Source: Eukaryota sp. GEM-RC1
Taxonomy: Eukaryota
Length of the DNA: 64,000 bases
Direction: 5' to 3'
NCBI GenBank assembly: GCA_040285855.1
Contig: JAUFOQ010000010.1
Coordinates: 558,001-622,000 of the forward strand
The translations under genes were made by a program, and so were the position numbers. This document shows, one piece after another, positions 11,845-25,768 of the stretch. The notes below the pieces were generated by a model. That model was given only the letters and a program-made list of their open reading frames with translations. It searched no databases and was not told the DNA's origin. Position 1 is the first letter of the stretch. Each line of letters begins with the position of its first letter.

Positions 11845-14240
11845 ATGCAATGTTACATCTGCAAGAAAGCTTTCTTATCTTTGGAGACTTATCACGTGAC
11901 AACTTGTTGTGATCGCAATGTCTGTTCACCTTGTGTTACATCTAGTTCTCATCAGTGTTGTTGTTATAATACAAATCCTTCTTCTTCCCTTGATTCCATC
12001 ACTTGTCTTTACTCTCATCCCATTGTTTCTTCTAAGTCCATCCACCTACAACACTCTCTCATAGTTCAAGTCAATTCCGCCTTACTCGGTTCTATGTTCC
12101 AGTCCTGTGTCGCCAGGTATAGCAAAGATGGAATTCCTGCATTCATTCCCTTCCAAGCTGAACTTCTTTCGTTCTTCAGAAAAGTCGGCTATTTGAGCCA
12201 ACGCTTCTTCCAATACGCTTTTTGTGCTGCTGCGGTGTTTTTCCAAACCAATAGGTTTCACGCTACCCCCAAACACCTCACAATACTTTCATCAGCTGCT
12301 TCTTTCTTTGCAGTAAAAGTTCAATCAATATTTCTAGAAATGGAAGATTCTTTTGAATTTGACGTGATTGCTGAATGGAGGTCAAGAATTTCGCATCTTA
12401 AGTTTGAATTCAATCGGTCTGATGATGATTTAGATTATTCTGATTCTGATGGTTTAGCTTTTTCTGATTCTGATGATGACGATTACACCACTTTAAATCA
12501 CTTGCTTAATCCAGAATCTCCTAATTTCCTATTACGTTTGAGACGTCTGGATGTTAGCAGTCCACGTATGAGTGAGCCATTTGCTTCGTTTTGTAAGTAT
12601 CTTATGGTGAATGAAACTCTCATGGAGTTGAATATTCGATTTAGTTCACTGTCTTTATCTGAAGCTGCTTCTTTTGCAGTGTTTTGTGCAAATAACACGT
12701 TGAAGAAGCTGTGCATTGCTAGTGATTCTTGTCTTATCGAGGAAGTGTCATTGACTGTGCTTAATGCTCTCTCAAATAATTTAATAATTGAAACACTAGA
12801 TCTGTATGAACTCATTATTGAAAAATCAACAGTTGTACGACCACTCATTAATAATTCCACTCTCAAAAGTATTGTTTTTCCTCGTGGTTGTTTTCTTGAT
12901 TCTACGATAGTTGATGGTCTTAAAAACAACTCTTTTTTGAAGCAAATTTCATTGGAGTTTAATTCACCTCAATTTTCAGAAATGTTATTAATCAACACGT
13001 GTGTCAAAAAACTTGAGCTTCACCATTGCTCTGCTGCACTATCACCAATTTTTAAATCTTTAGAAACAAATTCATCTCTACTAGAACTAGTTATTCGGGA
13101 TAGCAAATACCTCAGCATCCAGGAAATTCAAAGTTTAATCACAATGTTGAGACTTAACAATGGTTTAATTGTATTAACTTTTGACAATATACCGTTCCGA
13201 CCACTTAATTTTAACAATATTCTGGAAGAACTAGAATTTAATACCATTCTAAAGAAAGTTTCTTTTTCTTGTTTGGATTTACGTTGTTTAATCACGTTAT
13301 TTGAACCAATTTTTACTGTGAAGTTACAATCCCTTGTTAGTATATGTCCTCACTCAGTTGACGTTTCTCAGGGCCATCTTTTGTTTGATAAAACGGTTAC
13401 ATTGAATGATTTAACTATTCTTTTGAATGGTTTGAAATCAAATTTGCCTATTAAACGTATTGATTGCCGTGGATTAATTAGTTTAAGTTTAGAAGCTATT
13501 ATCACATTGTTTGAAATTCTTTCAATTAACCACACCATGCTCAATCTTGATATTTCTCCTCACGCCATTGATGAAAAACGCAAGTCAATTCGTTATGAAG
13601 ATAAAATAGGTTCATCTGATTTAAATTTTCTTTTAAAATATATGAGATCAAATGTTGGTGTTAGATCTGTTACTTGTCGCGGATTGAGTGGGTTAAGCGC
13701 TGAAGGACTCTTCACCATTATTGAAATATTTTACGTCAGTAAATCACTGGTCAAAGTTCAAATTCCTCCTTATTTGATTGACATTGACGAGAGTCTGTTT
13801 TCAATTTCACCTAAATATAATAATTCACAAATTACTGTTGAAGGTATGACACTTGTACAAGATTTTGTAGATCGTCTTTCAATACAGAATCTTGTTCTCA
13901 AAGGTCGTATTCTAACTAAAGAAACGTTTCAGTTTTTTTGTCAGTTTCTCAAAGTCAATAAATCATTGACTGCTGTTGACTTGAGCGACTGTTGTTTTCG
14001 AATGATGACTTATTTTTGATTGTAACTGCAGTTATGTCTAATTCTGTTTGTAATATTCGAAGGATCGATTTCAGTCATAATCTTGTGAATAATGCTGGAG
14101 CTCAAAAATTGGCGCAATTGTTGAACGTGAATGGGTCTGTTATTGAAGTGAATTTATTCAGGAATTCGATTGACCGAAAAACTCAAAATTTTGTAAAAAA
14201 GAATTCCAATGGTTGTATAAAATTTTGTAGATGGAAATGA
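11845..14240 (+). CDS. Divergent LRR protein with N-terminal RING-like Cys cluster; frameshift near 13995
   Basis: ATG at 11845; CYIC...CCDRNVCSPC; shared KVGYLSQRFF domain; degenerate LRRs. One extra T in the T4 run near 13995 joins ORF 13992..14240. Confidence 0.75.
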
Positions 14241-15357
14241 AGTAAGATAAATTGTTTTTTAATTATTATGATTATTAGTAAATGTAATAGTTTGTTCTGC
14301 AAATACTGTTTACGTATGCTGCTCATGATTAGCAGGATCATGGTGGGATAAGTTGGTAAACTCACCTCCTAAAATATTGCTGGTTCAAAATAGTTTTACC
14401 CAATAGCTCCGAAATTTAAATTGAGGAAAAACATGTATTGGAACAATGAAGTTTGGCAATTACCGCTACAATTCTAAAAGTTCAATATATTGATACTGTT
14501 TTAAGGGAAGTGACGCCTTCCTGAAGTAACTATGGCAGATATTAAATATATTGAAAGTCACAATTGTCTGATCAACAAATTGTTACAGTAGCGTGTGCTT
14601 GTTTTAGTGTTTTAATGATTTAGAACTAAACTATTACGATTGAGAAAAACATCTAAAAATAACTTATTGAAAATTATACATCGTCAAATTGGGGGTACCT
14701 ATCCAGTACTTATACAGAAAAGAGGGATTTAAAGGACCCTAATACCGACAAGGTCATAGTAAAGGGGATAATTGTATAGTATTTAAGGTTGCTTGTATTG
14801 GGACTTTGACGATATATGTTTCTTAAGACAACAATAATATCGTCATGTTGATGGACAACATCTCAAAGAGCGGTCTGCTTACAGCTTGAACAACTTTTTT
14901 CCAATCTACTTCTAGTTCTCTTACTACTTTAGTGGTCAGTGATTACTCGGACTCGTGAGTTTTGATGCACCTTCTTTCACGTGTATGCTTCAGAAACATT
15001 CCTTTGATAACGATGCCAAGTGTGTTGTCACTCATAATATAGAAGACTTTGAGAAAAAAACAGTGTGAATATAAGTGTGGTTATTGAAAAACGAATGAAA
15101 TACTTTTTGTTGTGTTTTACTTCAGCTTCATTGAATTTATAGTCAAACAAAAATTCTAATCAGCATGATTGAATATATATCTTCTAGAAAATGGCGAGAT
15201 ATCTGTAAAAAAGATGGAGAAATTATTTCAAATCGGTTCGAAAAAGTGTTTCAATTGTTTCAATTTTGACTTTGGTATTGAATGACTAGATGACATACAG
15301 TTGTTTCAATTAGAGAGAGTCTTCAATGGAGAGATTATACTTCAATAATTTGAAACA

Positions 15358-16150
15358 ATGCCCATTCAACTTTACTTATTAACGGGTATATCGATCTTTG
15401 TATACATGGTGATGGTCTTTGCCATCGCGCAGTTAATTGAGGATAACTCCATCGTTGACATTGCTTGGGGATTTGGTTTTGTTATTGCTGCTTGGGTCAA
15501 TCTCCTTTACACCCGAGAATTCACCCTCCGCCAACTGCTGGTTGTAGCTCTTGTTACGCTTTGGGGATTAAGGTTAGGTAGTTTCTTGTGGTACCGATCC
15601 TTGGGACGTGGGGAAGATTTCCGATACGCAAACTTCCGTAGAAACTGGGGCAATAACGCAGCATTGAATGCTTTCATCCGTGTCTTTATGTTACAAGGGA
15701 TCATCATGATGCTTCTCACATATCCTATACTGAGAGTTCACGCTTCTGAGGGATCAGGCCTTGACTCCTTCATGATTGCTGGTACACTGATCTGGCTGGT
15801 TGGCTTTTTTCTTTCAAGTTGTTGGTGATGCTCAACTTGATAATTTCAAGAAAACTAAGACACACAGAGATCAAATTCTTACAACAGGAGTTTGGCGTTA
15901 TACCAGACATCCAAATTACTTTGGAGAGGCCACAATGTGGTGGGGAATCTTTATCATTGTTCTTCCTGTTAAACTTGGGTGGACAGCGATTATCAGCCCA
16001 TTGTTCATCAACTTTTTACTCCTAAAAGTTTCTGGTGTTCCGTTTCTTGATGAGCGGTTTAAAGATAATGATAGTTACCAAAAATATAAGTGTGAGACCA
16101 ACAATTTCATTCCATGGTTCCCAAAGACAAGTGTTTTGCAACAATCATGA
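15358..16150 (+). CDS. DUF1295 / steroid 5-alpha-reductase-like membrane protein; frameshift near 15805
   Basis: Motifs DNSIVDIAWG, LWGLRLG, GEDFRY, GVWRYTRHPNYFGE, LLKVSGVP. Removing one T from the T6 run at 15805-15810 fuses the two ORFs. Confidence 0.88.
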
Positions 16151-17279
16151 TCTCAAACATGTGGTCTTTATGTGATATGTGTAGTAGTTTGTTTTGTTTT
16201 TACTATATATATTTTGGCCTGTCAATTGGTTATAGAATCTCTAGCCCATGCATAATAGACACAGCGCTGTTTGTGGTAATGAGTTACTAGACAGGATCTT
16301 CCTAAGAATATTGTTTGAGACAGATTGCCTTGTTGTTGGTGATTTCAGGACTACTGAACTTGCCTGACTTATGAATTTAGACTAATTGAGAAGCGATGGA
16401 CTGGTTTTGTTGCTTAAAGTCGTTAAAAGATGGAGTCGAAGAATGGACTGAAATTAAGATGGTTTATTGAACAGGGTTTATGATTAATCAGTGAAATACA
16501 ATGATGGTTGATGATTGCTATTTTATGAGACACATGTCTTTAAGTAGCATCTTTACCATTTTGTCTTATTCTTAGCTTGTTGCTTAAACATCATTCTTTA
16601 CATTTGTTATAACTGGCATCACTGTTAGCTATTATATACTGTACCTACAGTTTGGATTCGTTAATGTTCAAAGTATGGTAAACTTAAAAGTTATAATGAT
16701 CAACATTAGCTTTCAATTCATCAGTTCGTATGTACATACCTTGAATATAGGTATTTCTGTTTTTTCATAGAGAAACATACAAAAGGTTTAAGGTTCGACC
16801 ATTTGACACTTTCTGCCTCTCATTGTAAAGAAATTTGCGATGATTTATCAGTCTTTTTAATTTGACTAGTGCAATTTTTTCAAGATGACCAGAAGCTTTA
16901 AAGTCAAGTCGTTCGGCCGCCTTAAAAAAGCCCAGCCGTCAGGTTACACATATTGCTATAGGTGAAGTAATATTGAGGCTTTACGCAACGATTTGCTTTG
17001 ATCCTAAAGCTGATATGTATTTTCGTCCTTTCCAATGTTGTGTTGGCATTGATGATGGCACTACTTGTGTCACTTTAATGACTGATTTGTTCTTAAATGA
17101 AAATCTTGAAAATTGTGTTCTTAATATTAACTACAAAAATCACTTTCTTAGAAGACAGTACTAAATTTTTAGGTAATTACATTCGCGATTTGAATGAAAC
17201 AAAAAAAGTTGAAATACAAAAATGATTCCATTTAGTGCCAATTGAAACAAATGTTTGATTTGGATGTTGGCAAGCAAGC

Positions 17280-18400
17280 GTCTTCCACTATGTTGCGGGT
17301 TTGTTTTGCTGGTAAGATAAATCACTGTCCGAGGTCTGCTACCTGAGGTTACTTACGATTTTTGAAGAAATGCTAACAAGCTGAGGACAAAATTTGTGTT
17401 CAATTTGGTTGGTGGTTAGATACTCTACCAGCTTTGTTTCTCTTCAACTTCTATTGGTGGTATTGGTTTTCAAAAGCCAAATATTTTCGGGAAGGTGTCT
17501 TTTAGGGTGTTTAAAGAACTTTCTTTTGAATTTCGTATTCGTTATATTGACCTTTGGAATCAACAGCATTATTTGTCAAGATCTACGTGTCACTGGATGG
17601 TTAGTTTACAAGTTTATGGAAAATCTTGACACTGATGTTTGGTCGTCACTTTTCCTGTTTCTTCGTCTGCGAATGTGTGTTTCCAAACTGCAGAAAAAAT
17701 TCACCAGTTACACGAAAGCTTGGATTTTTAAAATCGTATTAGCTTGGCTAAAATTGATCGTCCCAATTTTTGTGCTTTCTTGATGGATATTTCTAGTGAT
17801 TCTGCTTTAGCGGTAGTTACTCGTCATCCTCAGCAATTTTGTTATAATCTAAGAGATCATAAATGGCTGACCGACAAGTGTCTGAGTTTAGAATGGTTTA
17901 CTACAAACATCTTATTGCTTTTGTTCAAAATCTGGACGGCCTCATTCAATCATGTTGTTACCTGAAGCATATTTATTCCTATAAGATCTGTTATCCACAA
18001 CAGTGTTCGTGATCACTGTTTATCTATGTTCAGATCTAATGGTTCCCACGGTAAAGTTAAAACCTCTTTTATCTGCAGTTTCTGATTCGGTTATTCGGAA
18101 CAAAAGTCGTGGTGATTTAATTGGACCTTGGAGAAATTCTCAAGAAATTGTACTGGGCTTTACTACAGTTGATCCTTGTATCTCTACTTTTGCCAAAAAA
18201 GTACCTAGTGATGGATTTACGGTCATTGACTACTAGTATGTTGAAAAAAGAAATTTCTTCGATACAGGGATTGTTTTGAAAATTGAAACTCTCAAAGACA
18301 CTTTGATTTTGTTTTTCAACCTTTTGGAATTTCTTAATATGGTTATTTAGGTACTGCAGCTAATAACTTCTTATGTTCGTTTAATGATTTCGATAAAAAG
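17280..18400 (+). mobile_element. Decayed non-LTR retrotransposon (RLE-type, CRE/SLACS-like) remnant
   Basis: Fragmented frames: MLRVCFAGKINHCPRS (RT thumb-like), NHVVT...IHNSVRD, KLKPLL...RGDLIGPW...FTTVDPC. Many stops; boundaries approximate. Confidence 0.55.
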
Positions 18401-18680
18401 TTAAACACAGGTTTTTGGAGAGATCGTCTATTTTTGCTATATTTCGTTCTATGAACAATTACTTTGATGATATCTTGAAGAGATTGTTTGGTGTAGAAGG
18501 TCGTGTGATGGGGTAGGTTTATCTGTCTAATGTATCTTCTTTAGTGTAAGTTTGTAGAATAAAATATTTTTTACAAAAGAATAACATGCAAAAGAATAAA
18601 TGTACAAAACTGTGTGTGTAGTGTGGGCTTCTATACAAATTCATTGCACACGTTACGTTGACGTTATTACCAGTTTACAC

Positions 18681-20682
18681 TTATACACATTTAAATGAAT
18701 CTGTCACTATTTCCACGTTGCTATTGAGTTTTAACGCATCAGCCAATGTTTTTGCACCTTCATCTCCGATACAGTTTCCTAACACATTTAAACTTACAAA
18801 TGACGGCCTAACTTTTAACACATCTGCGAGAGTTCTAACACCTTCATATCCAATAGAGTTGCACCTTAGATCAACACTTCTAACTGCAGAGTTAACTTTG
18901 AGAACCTCAGCCAATGCCCTAACACCTATGTCACCAATAGAGTTGAAAGCAAGACTAATAGAAGTAAGACTATTATTAAGTTTCAACGCCTCAGACAAAG
19001 CTCTAACACCTCTATCGCTAATAGAGTTTCCGGTCAAATCAATTTTAGTAATAGTAGTATTAACTTTAAAAGCCTCTGCCAGTGCTCTAACACCTTTGTC
19101 ACCAATAGAGTTGCTTCGCAGATCAATAAATGTAACTGAATTATTAACCTTAAAAGACTCTGCCAATGATTTAACTTCGTCATCTCCTAAGAAATTTCCA
19201 TGTAGGTAAACATGGGAAACTGTATGATTAACTTTTAACGCATCTGCCAAAGCTCGAGCACCTTCAGCCCCAATACAGTTATTTTGCAGGCAAACACTTG
19301 TAACTGTATGATTGATTTTCAATGCTTCTGCCAAAGCTATAGTTCCTTCAGCTTCAATAGTGTTATTTTGCAGATCAATACTTGTGAACGTATTATTACA
19401 TTTCAACGCATCTGCCAAAGATCTTGCTCCTTCAGCTCCAATAGAGTTTGTGTCCAGCACAATACTGGTAACTGTAGTGTTGACTTTTAACATGTCTGCC
19501 AAAGCTGTTAAACCATCATCTGTAACAGAGTTTTCACCTAGATCAATACTTGTGACTGTAGAGTTAACTTTTAAAGCTTCTGCCAATGCTCTAACACCTT
19601 CATCTCCAAGATCATTATTCCACAGAACTAAATCGAAAACTTTAGTATTAACTTTCAATGATTCTGCCAATTTTCTAACACCTTCATTTCCAATAGCACT
19701 ATTCCAAAGATAAACACGTGTCACTGTAGCATTGACTTTCAATAATTCAATAAATGCCATAGAAATTGAAGCAGAAACGTCAACATGAAGCTGTTGAAGA
19801 TGTGGAAAGAACATGGACGACCTATTAAGAAACTCCAAGTCATTGTTATTCTTCAATTTCAATTCTAAACCAACAATTAAATCAGAAAGATGAAGAAACT
19901 CTTCAATAATAAACGTCTTGTTTATGTGTAAGAAAAGAGAGTTTACATCTGCGCCAAAGTGGGAAGCAAATGAACAGATTTGAGGAAGATCTTGAGAAGT
20001 AACATGAAACGTGTTTCTTTGAAAAAACACCTTAATTGCTAGAAGAGCAGATTCGAAGAAATGATTGCTGACATAACCAATTCTCTTAAAAAAAAGTAAG
20101 AATATTGTTGTTCAAATAAAGGAGATCAAAACCAGTATTAACTTCAAGAGCAGACTTGCAGAGATTTGTCAACAGGTGAAAATGTATTAGTACTAGCAAA
20201 GAGTGCAAAAAATGTATACGATTTGAAGGAGATTGGAGTAAAGATGTCAAATGGAGAAGGGCATGAGATTTAGAATTAAGTGTAGGTGATCCAGAGAGAG
20301 CGTTCATTGGTTGAAGAGAAGACCGATGAGCAGATGCTACATATGTGCGGATATGGCGGCCACGGATCTTAAACATCCAGTACTTATCTAAACATTGCTT
20401 GAGGCCTTGAACATCAGAAAACTCGACAAAGAACTGACCTGTTGTATTAGGAGGAGATCGGATTCCTGTTACGGGAAGAGAGGAGAAAGCATGGCTAATG
20501 TCGATTTCTGTTACACTGTGAGCATCAATGACGATTTCGGCAGTGAAGGGGGCTTCAGAAGGAAGTTCATACTGTTCATGACCAGGACGTATACTATAGA
20601 CAGGAACTTCTGGTTCAGTGTTTGAACTAGGGGAATGGGCAGGAAAACCATTTTGATCCAAGAAAGGTGGTTCAGAGTCCAT
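18681..20682 (-). CDS. RRM-like + LRR protein, paralog of 7871..9949; frameshift in A8 run at 20088-20095
   Basis: ORFs 20086..20685 and 18681..20030. The duplicate copy has A7 at this site (48612-48618) and reads through in frame. Confidence 0.85.
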
Positions 20683-23600
20683 CAAACAAAAGAAATGTGT
20701 GTGATTTGATGTGTTATCTTCTATTACTGCACAGGTTCGGGTTTAGGTTTCTAACCAAACCTTTTTAAACCAAACCAAACCAAAACCTTTTTAATAAAAC
20801 CAAACCAAACCAAAACCTTTAGCTTCAGAACTGAAGGAAAATGAATCACAATTAATTTCAAAAACCCTCTGTCTCTGATATACATCGTATAAGAACGATC
20901 TTGACGTTTTTTCGGTATCTATGCAATTTTTGTTGCGAACAAGTTTTTCTTCTGCTGGACGCACAGTTACAGAAGAATTGTTCAGTGCATGAAAAGCAAC
21001 TTTTCTTTTAAAACCACTTTACCTTGGGTTAAATGGTGTGATACATACTTTTGTCTCATCATCGATTAACTCCCCGCTGTACATACAGGGAGTATGTTGT
21101 CTAGAGCTGCCACTGTGATATAATGCCTTCACCGTATCCAGCTTCAATGGATTGCAGATTTCACTCATCATATGCCACATATTATCATATATATTGAAGT
21201 ATTCTGTTTAATAATTTGTGCTTTTTATTAACAATATTTTTGTTTTTGTCTCAGAAGGAGTGAATCAAAAGACTGTAAACGACCCAGGCTTGGTGAAGAA
21301 GCGATAAGAGAAACATGGGTTTTTGGATAGGATTTAGTAGAGATTTTAAGGTACCTCAAACTTTGCTTCAGACACAGGGGTGATACTGAGACATGATCGT
21401 AGTCACATTGAGGAAGTACATTATAAGTGTTTGGAGAAAGAAGGAGATAGTGACGAGCATCAGACTGTATAAGAAACAACATAGAGTTATTAAAGGAGAT
21501 AGTATTCTTCCAAACAAGATGAGAATTTCGGTAGTGTGACCTCCTGATTCAAGTAACTGAAAGAGAAATCGGCGAAATAGAGAATCCAATTAAGAACAAC
21601 TCAAGTTTCAGATACTCAAAGAGACAAAACACAGAGAACTTGTTCTGAGTTAGTAAGCAGAATTGAATATGTGAGGAGAAGAACCCCTTCAAAGCATTGA
21701 GACGACAATAGCAGCATTAACATTGCCAGAGAAGAGTGTCCTTAAAGAATAGAATCTACAAGAGGGATATGAAAAGATAGGGTAATTTATGCAAGAAGTA
21801 CAGTCACACCTAAAATCGTATTCCCAAGATGACAACGAAAAGAGCTGATGATTGGTGTTGAACAAGGGTAGGCTCATGTCTTAAGTTTACCCTTTGTTTC
21901 TTTTGCTGCCTAAGAAACAATACACTCTGTTATCTGCTCTTTCTGAAAGTCAAAAATAAAAAACCAATGTCCCGGTTAAGCTAGATTGGATGTTTGTGAT
22001 TGTTGCAAAGATAAGGTATCGATCCTGGCTTATATATGGTACTGTAACTGATGGAAGAGGTTGAAAAAGAACTCGAGACGGGAAAAATTGTCGTGCAACA
22101 AAATGATGTCGGAGTTTTCCAGAATGAACTCTTCGATTTGAAGTCTATTTTCTTCCTCAAATGTCTCACTATCTCTGTGATATTTGTCATGAAATTCTCA
22201 AGAATCCGGTAACTACTTGGTGTGGCCACACCTTTTGTATGTCGGATTTGCAGGAGTGGCTTGATTCTCATAACGGATGTCCGATCTGTCGAGCTGAAGT
22301 GGACAAGTCAAGGCTGTGTCCTAACTACAAGTTGAAAGAAGCTGTTGAAGCCTTTGTTGCTGGTCAAGGTGAGACTATTTGTTTTGAGTGTGATGAAGCT
22401 GCTGCCACTTGTTATTGCGCAGAATGTGACGCTGATTTCTGTGACGACTGTTTTAACCCTGCTCATCGCCCCAAGTTGCTACGATCTCACGTTGCTGTCC
22501 CCCTAAATAAGAAGCATGCCTACCTTGTTCCCAAGTGCCCCAGCCACAGTATGAAGTCGTTAGAGTTGTTCTGCACCTTCTGCTCCGTCGCCCTTTGCTC
22601 CACTTGTGCTTTCCTTGGTGACCATGACCAACACAAAAGAAGTTGCTTCCCTTTGACGAAGGTCGAACCTCTGTTGAAAAGAATATCAACTCTATAAACC
22701 AAGAGTTGTCGTTAGCCATTGAAAAATATCTCAGTCAGCTGAAGCTGCTATCCAGCAAGCAACAAGTGGTTTTGTCCAACTCAAAGAAAGTCTGACTGTC
22801 CTGCTCCAAGAAACTATGTTAGACTCTGCTACCATTATGAATGACTTACAATCTGGGAAACCTGTCATGTTCAAGCCAAAGATCAGCGAAAAATTCACTA
22901 CCACAACTTCAACCCTTCTCAACAACCAATCTGATATCATCTCCTCTTTAAATGAAGAACTTTGCTCCATCCACTCCGATGCTTCTCGTCGTTTGACCTC
23001 TCTTTCCGTTGATTCGGAGTCTAGTGTTGCTTCTGCTAGGCTTTTAGATGATACTCCTTTACCAATCAAGTCTATTGACAGTTTATGCCCTGTGCAACAA
23101 GTTGAAGAGAAGAAATTTGTTATTGATTGGAGCAAGCTTAGTTCTAAGTTGAAGAATTGTTATGATCAGATGGTGAGAAATGAGGTTTCTACGATCAATC
23201 TATATAACAACTCAATTGGTCCTGAAGGCGCTATTGCAATTGCTGAAGCTTTGAAGGTGAATTCTTCACTTTCTACGATCAATCTATATAACAACTCAAT
23301 TGGTCCTGAAGGCGCTATTGCAATTGCTGAAGCTTTGAAGGTGAATTCTTCAGTTTCTACGATCAATCTATATAACAACTCAATTGGTCCTGAAGGCGCT
23401 ATTGCAATTGCTGAAGCTTTGAAGGTGAATTCGTCTGTTTCTACGATCAATCTACATAGCAACTCAATTGGTAATGAAGGTGCTATTGCAATTGCTGCAG
23501 CTTTGAAAGTGAATTCGTCTGTTTCTACGATCAATCTACATAGCAACTCAATTGGTAATGAAGGTGCTATTGCAATTGCTGCAGCTTTGAAAGTGAATTC

Positions 23601-24415
23601 GTCTGTTTCTACGATCAATCTACATAGCAACTCAATTGGTAATGAAGGTGCTATTGCAATTGCTGCAGCTTTGAAAGTGAATTCGTCTGTTTCTTCGATT
23701 TATCTACATAGCAACTCAATTAACAGTCAAACACAACAGTCGTTAAAATCACTACACAAGAATAGAATTCATTTCTAAAGATATTTTCCTCTGATATAAA
23801 GATCACCCCATTATAAGTCACACATAAACAAATATCAAAGCAGTTTAGCAGTCGATCATACACAGATTGATTTTCAGTTTTACCCGGTAATTAAGACTCG
23901 TCATATCGAAAAGTTCATTTGCTATTGTTTTCAACAACACCACGTATTAAATGGTATCTGGAAATGATGTAACATTATACTACATGTTTTGAAATGATTC
24001 GAATCACCGACACAGTGTCTCGTTATTAACACGGTTGTATTTTTTCTCAAAAAACAGCTTAATTGTCGTTATGTTGAGTGATGCTTTGATTATTCTTAGT
24101 GATTTATAAGATGTACAGTATCCTTTTGTATCTATTCCAAAGATATTTTAGTCATGGTAATTTATTGAATATTGGTCAAAATTAGGTTATTCGTTAGATT
24201 CTGTTTTAGTGATCTGTAATTTAATTGGAAATCTTGTCACACAATTGTCTTAACATACAAAGTAGGTTTTGTTTATCTTAAATTGAGTTTATTATCTAAC
24301 ATTATCTAAGCTTCTCTTTACGGGATATGGGTTCTATGAACCGGCTAGAATTTCCGATTTCTATCTACATTACAACTCAACTGGTCCTGAAGGCGCTATT
24401 GCAATTGCTGAAGCT
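19829..24415. repeat. Segmental duplication, copy 1 (matches 48353..52940)
   Basis: Near-identical from GAAACTCCAAGTC at 19829 through the RRM gene 5' part, intergenic DNA, the TRIM-like gene and the first spacer. Confidence 0.92.
22161..23778 (+). CDS. TRIM-like E3 ligase: RING, B-box1, B-box2, coiled-coil, 6 LRR modules + cap; frameshift near 22635
   Basis: C3HC4-like RING (CDIC..CGHTFC..CPIC), B-box1 (CFEC..CAECDADFCDDC..H..H), B-box2 (CPSH..CTFC..CSTC..HDQH). One extra A at 22635-22638 joins the frame of ORF 22816..23778. Confidence 0.88.
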
Positions 24416-24607
24416 TTGAAGGTGAAATCGTTTGTTTCTACGGTTGGTCTAGGTAACAACTCAATTGATGATGAAGGCGCTATTGCAATTGCTGAAGCTT
24501 TGAAGGTAAATTCGTCTGTTTCTACGATTTATCTACATAGCAACTCAATTAACAGTCAAACACAACAGTCGTTAAAATCACTACACAAGAATAGAATTCA
24601 TTTCTAA
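24416..24607 (+). pseudogene. Headless LRR cassette A1 (1 module + cap)
   Basis: ORF start is an internal TTG (Leu); no in-frame ATG back to TGA at 24284. Confidence 0.75.
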
Positions 24608-25240
24608 AGATATTTTCCTCTGATATAAAGATCACCCCATTATAAGTCACACATAAACAAATATCAAAGCAGTTTAGCAGTCGATCATACACAGATTGAT
24701 TTTCAGTTTTACCCGGTAATTAAGACTCGTCATATCGAAAAGTTCATTTGCTATTGTTTTCAACAACACCACGTATTAATTGTTATCTGGAAATGATGTA
24801 ACATACTACATGTTTCGAAATATTTCGAATCACCGACACATTGTCTCGTTGTTAACACGGTTGTATTTTTCTCAAAAACAGCTTAATTGTCCATGAGTTG
24901 AGTGATGCTTTGATTATTCTTAGTGATTTATAAGATGTACAGTATCCTTTTGCATCTACTCCAAAGATATTTTAGTCATGGTAATTTATTAAATATTGGT
25001 CAAAATTAGGTTGTTCGTTAGATTCTGTTTTAGTGATCTGTGATTTAATTGGAAATCTTGTCACACAATTGTCCTAACATACAAAGTAGGTTTTTCTTTA
25101 TCTTAAATTGAGTTTATTATCTAACATTATCTAAGCTTCTCCTTACTGGATATGGGTTCTATGAACCGGCTAGCATTTCCGATTTCTATCTACATTACAA
25201 CTCAACTGGTCCTGAAGGCGCTATTGCAATTGCTGAAGCT

Positions 25241-25768
25241 TTGAAGGTGAATTCGTTTGTTTCTTCGATTTATCTATATAACAACTCAATTGGTCCTGAA
25301 GGTGCTATTGCAATTGCTGAATCTTTGAAGGTGAATTCGTCTGTTTCTACGATCGATCTGTATAACAACTCAATTGGTACTGAAGGCGCTATTGCAATTG
25401 CTGAAGCTTTGAAGGTGAATTCTTCAGTTTCTCAGATCGATCTACGTAACAACCCAATTGGTAATGAAGGCGCTATTGCAATTGCTGAAGCTTTGAAGGT
25501 GAATTCTTCAGTTTCTACGATCAATCTATATAACAACTCAATTGGTCCTGAAGGCGCTATTGCAATTGCTGAAGCTTTGAAGGTGAATTCTTCAGTTTCT
25601 ACGATCAATCTATATAACAACTCAATTGGTCCTGAAGGCGCTATTGCAATTGCTGAATCTTTGAAGGTGAATTCGTCTGTTTCTTCGATTTATCTACATA
25701 GCAACTCAATTAACAGTCAAACACAACAGTCGTTAAAATCACTACACAAGAATAGAATTCATTTCTAA
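25241..25768 (+). pseudogene. Headless LRR cassette A2 (5 modules + cap)
   Basis: Open frame, no ATG. Confidence 0.75.

Noticed and set aside
790..20095. Calling YhhN, DUF1295, the 11845 gene and the 20682 gene pseudogenes or recoding cases
   Set aside because: Each break is a 1-nt change in a homopolymer, and the duplicate of the 20682 gene is intact at that site, so sequencing error is more likely.
20733..20820. AAACC-rich repeats as telomeric DNA or a complete transposon
   Set aside because: Short and irregular; no partner TIR or TSD was found.
20880..21900. Short ORFs between the RRM-LRR and TRIM-like genes
   Set aside because: No recognisable motifs, and indels between the duplicate copies change several of them.
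23225..23265. Palindromic hexamers (CAATTG, AAGCTT, GAATTC) in each module as recombinase sites
   Set aside because: They are explained by the codons of the conserved protein framework, and no recombinase is encoded in the window.
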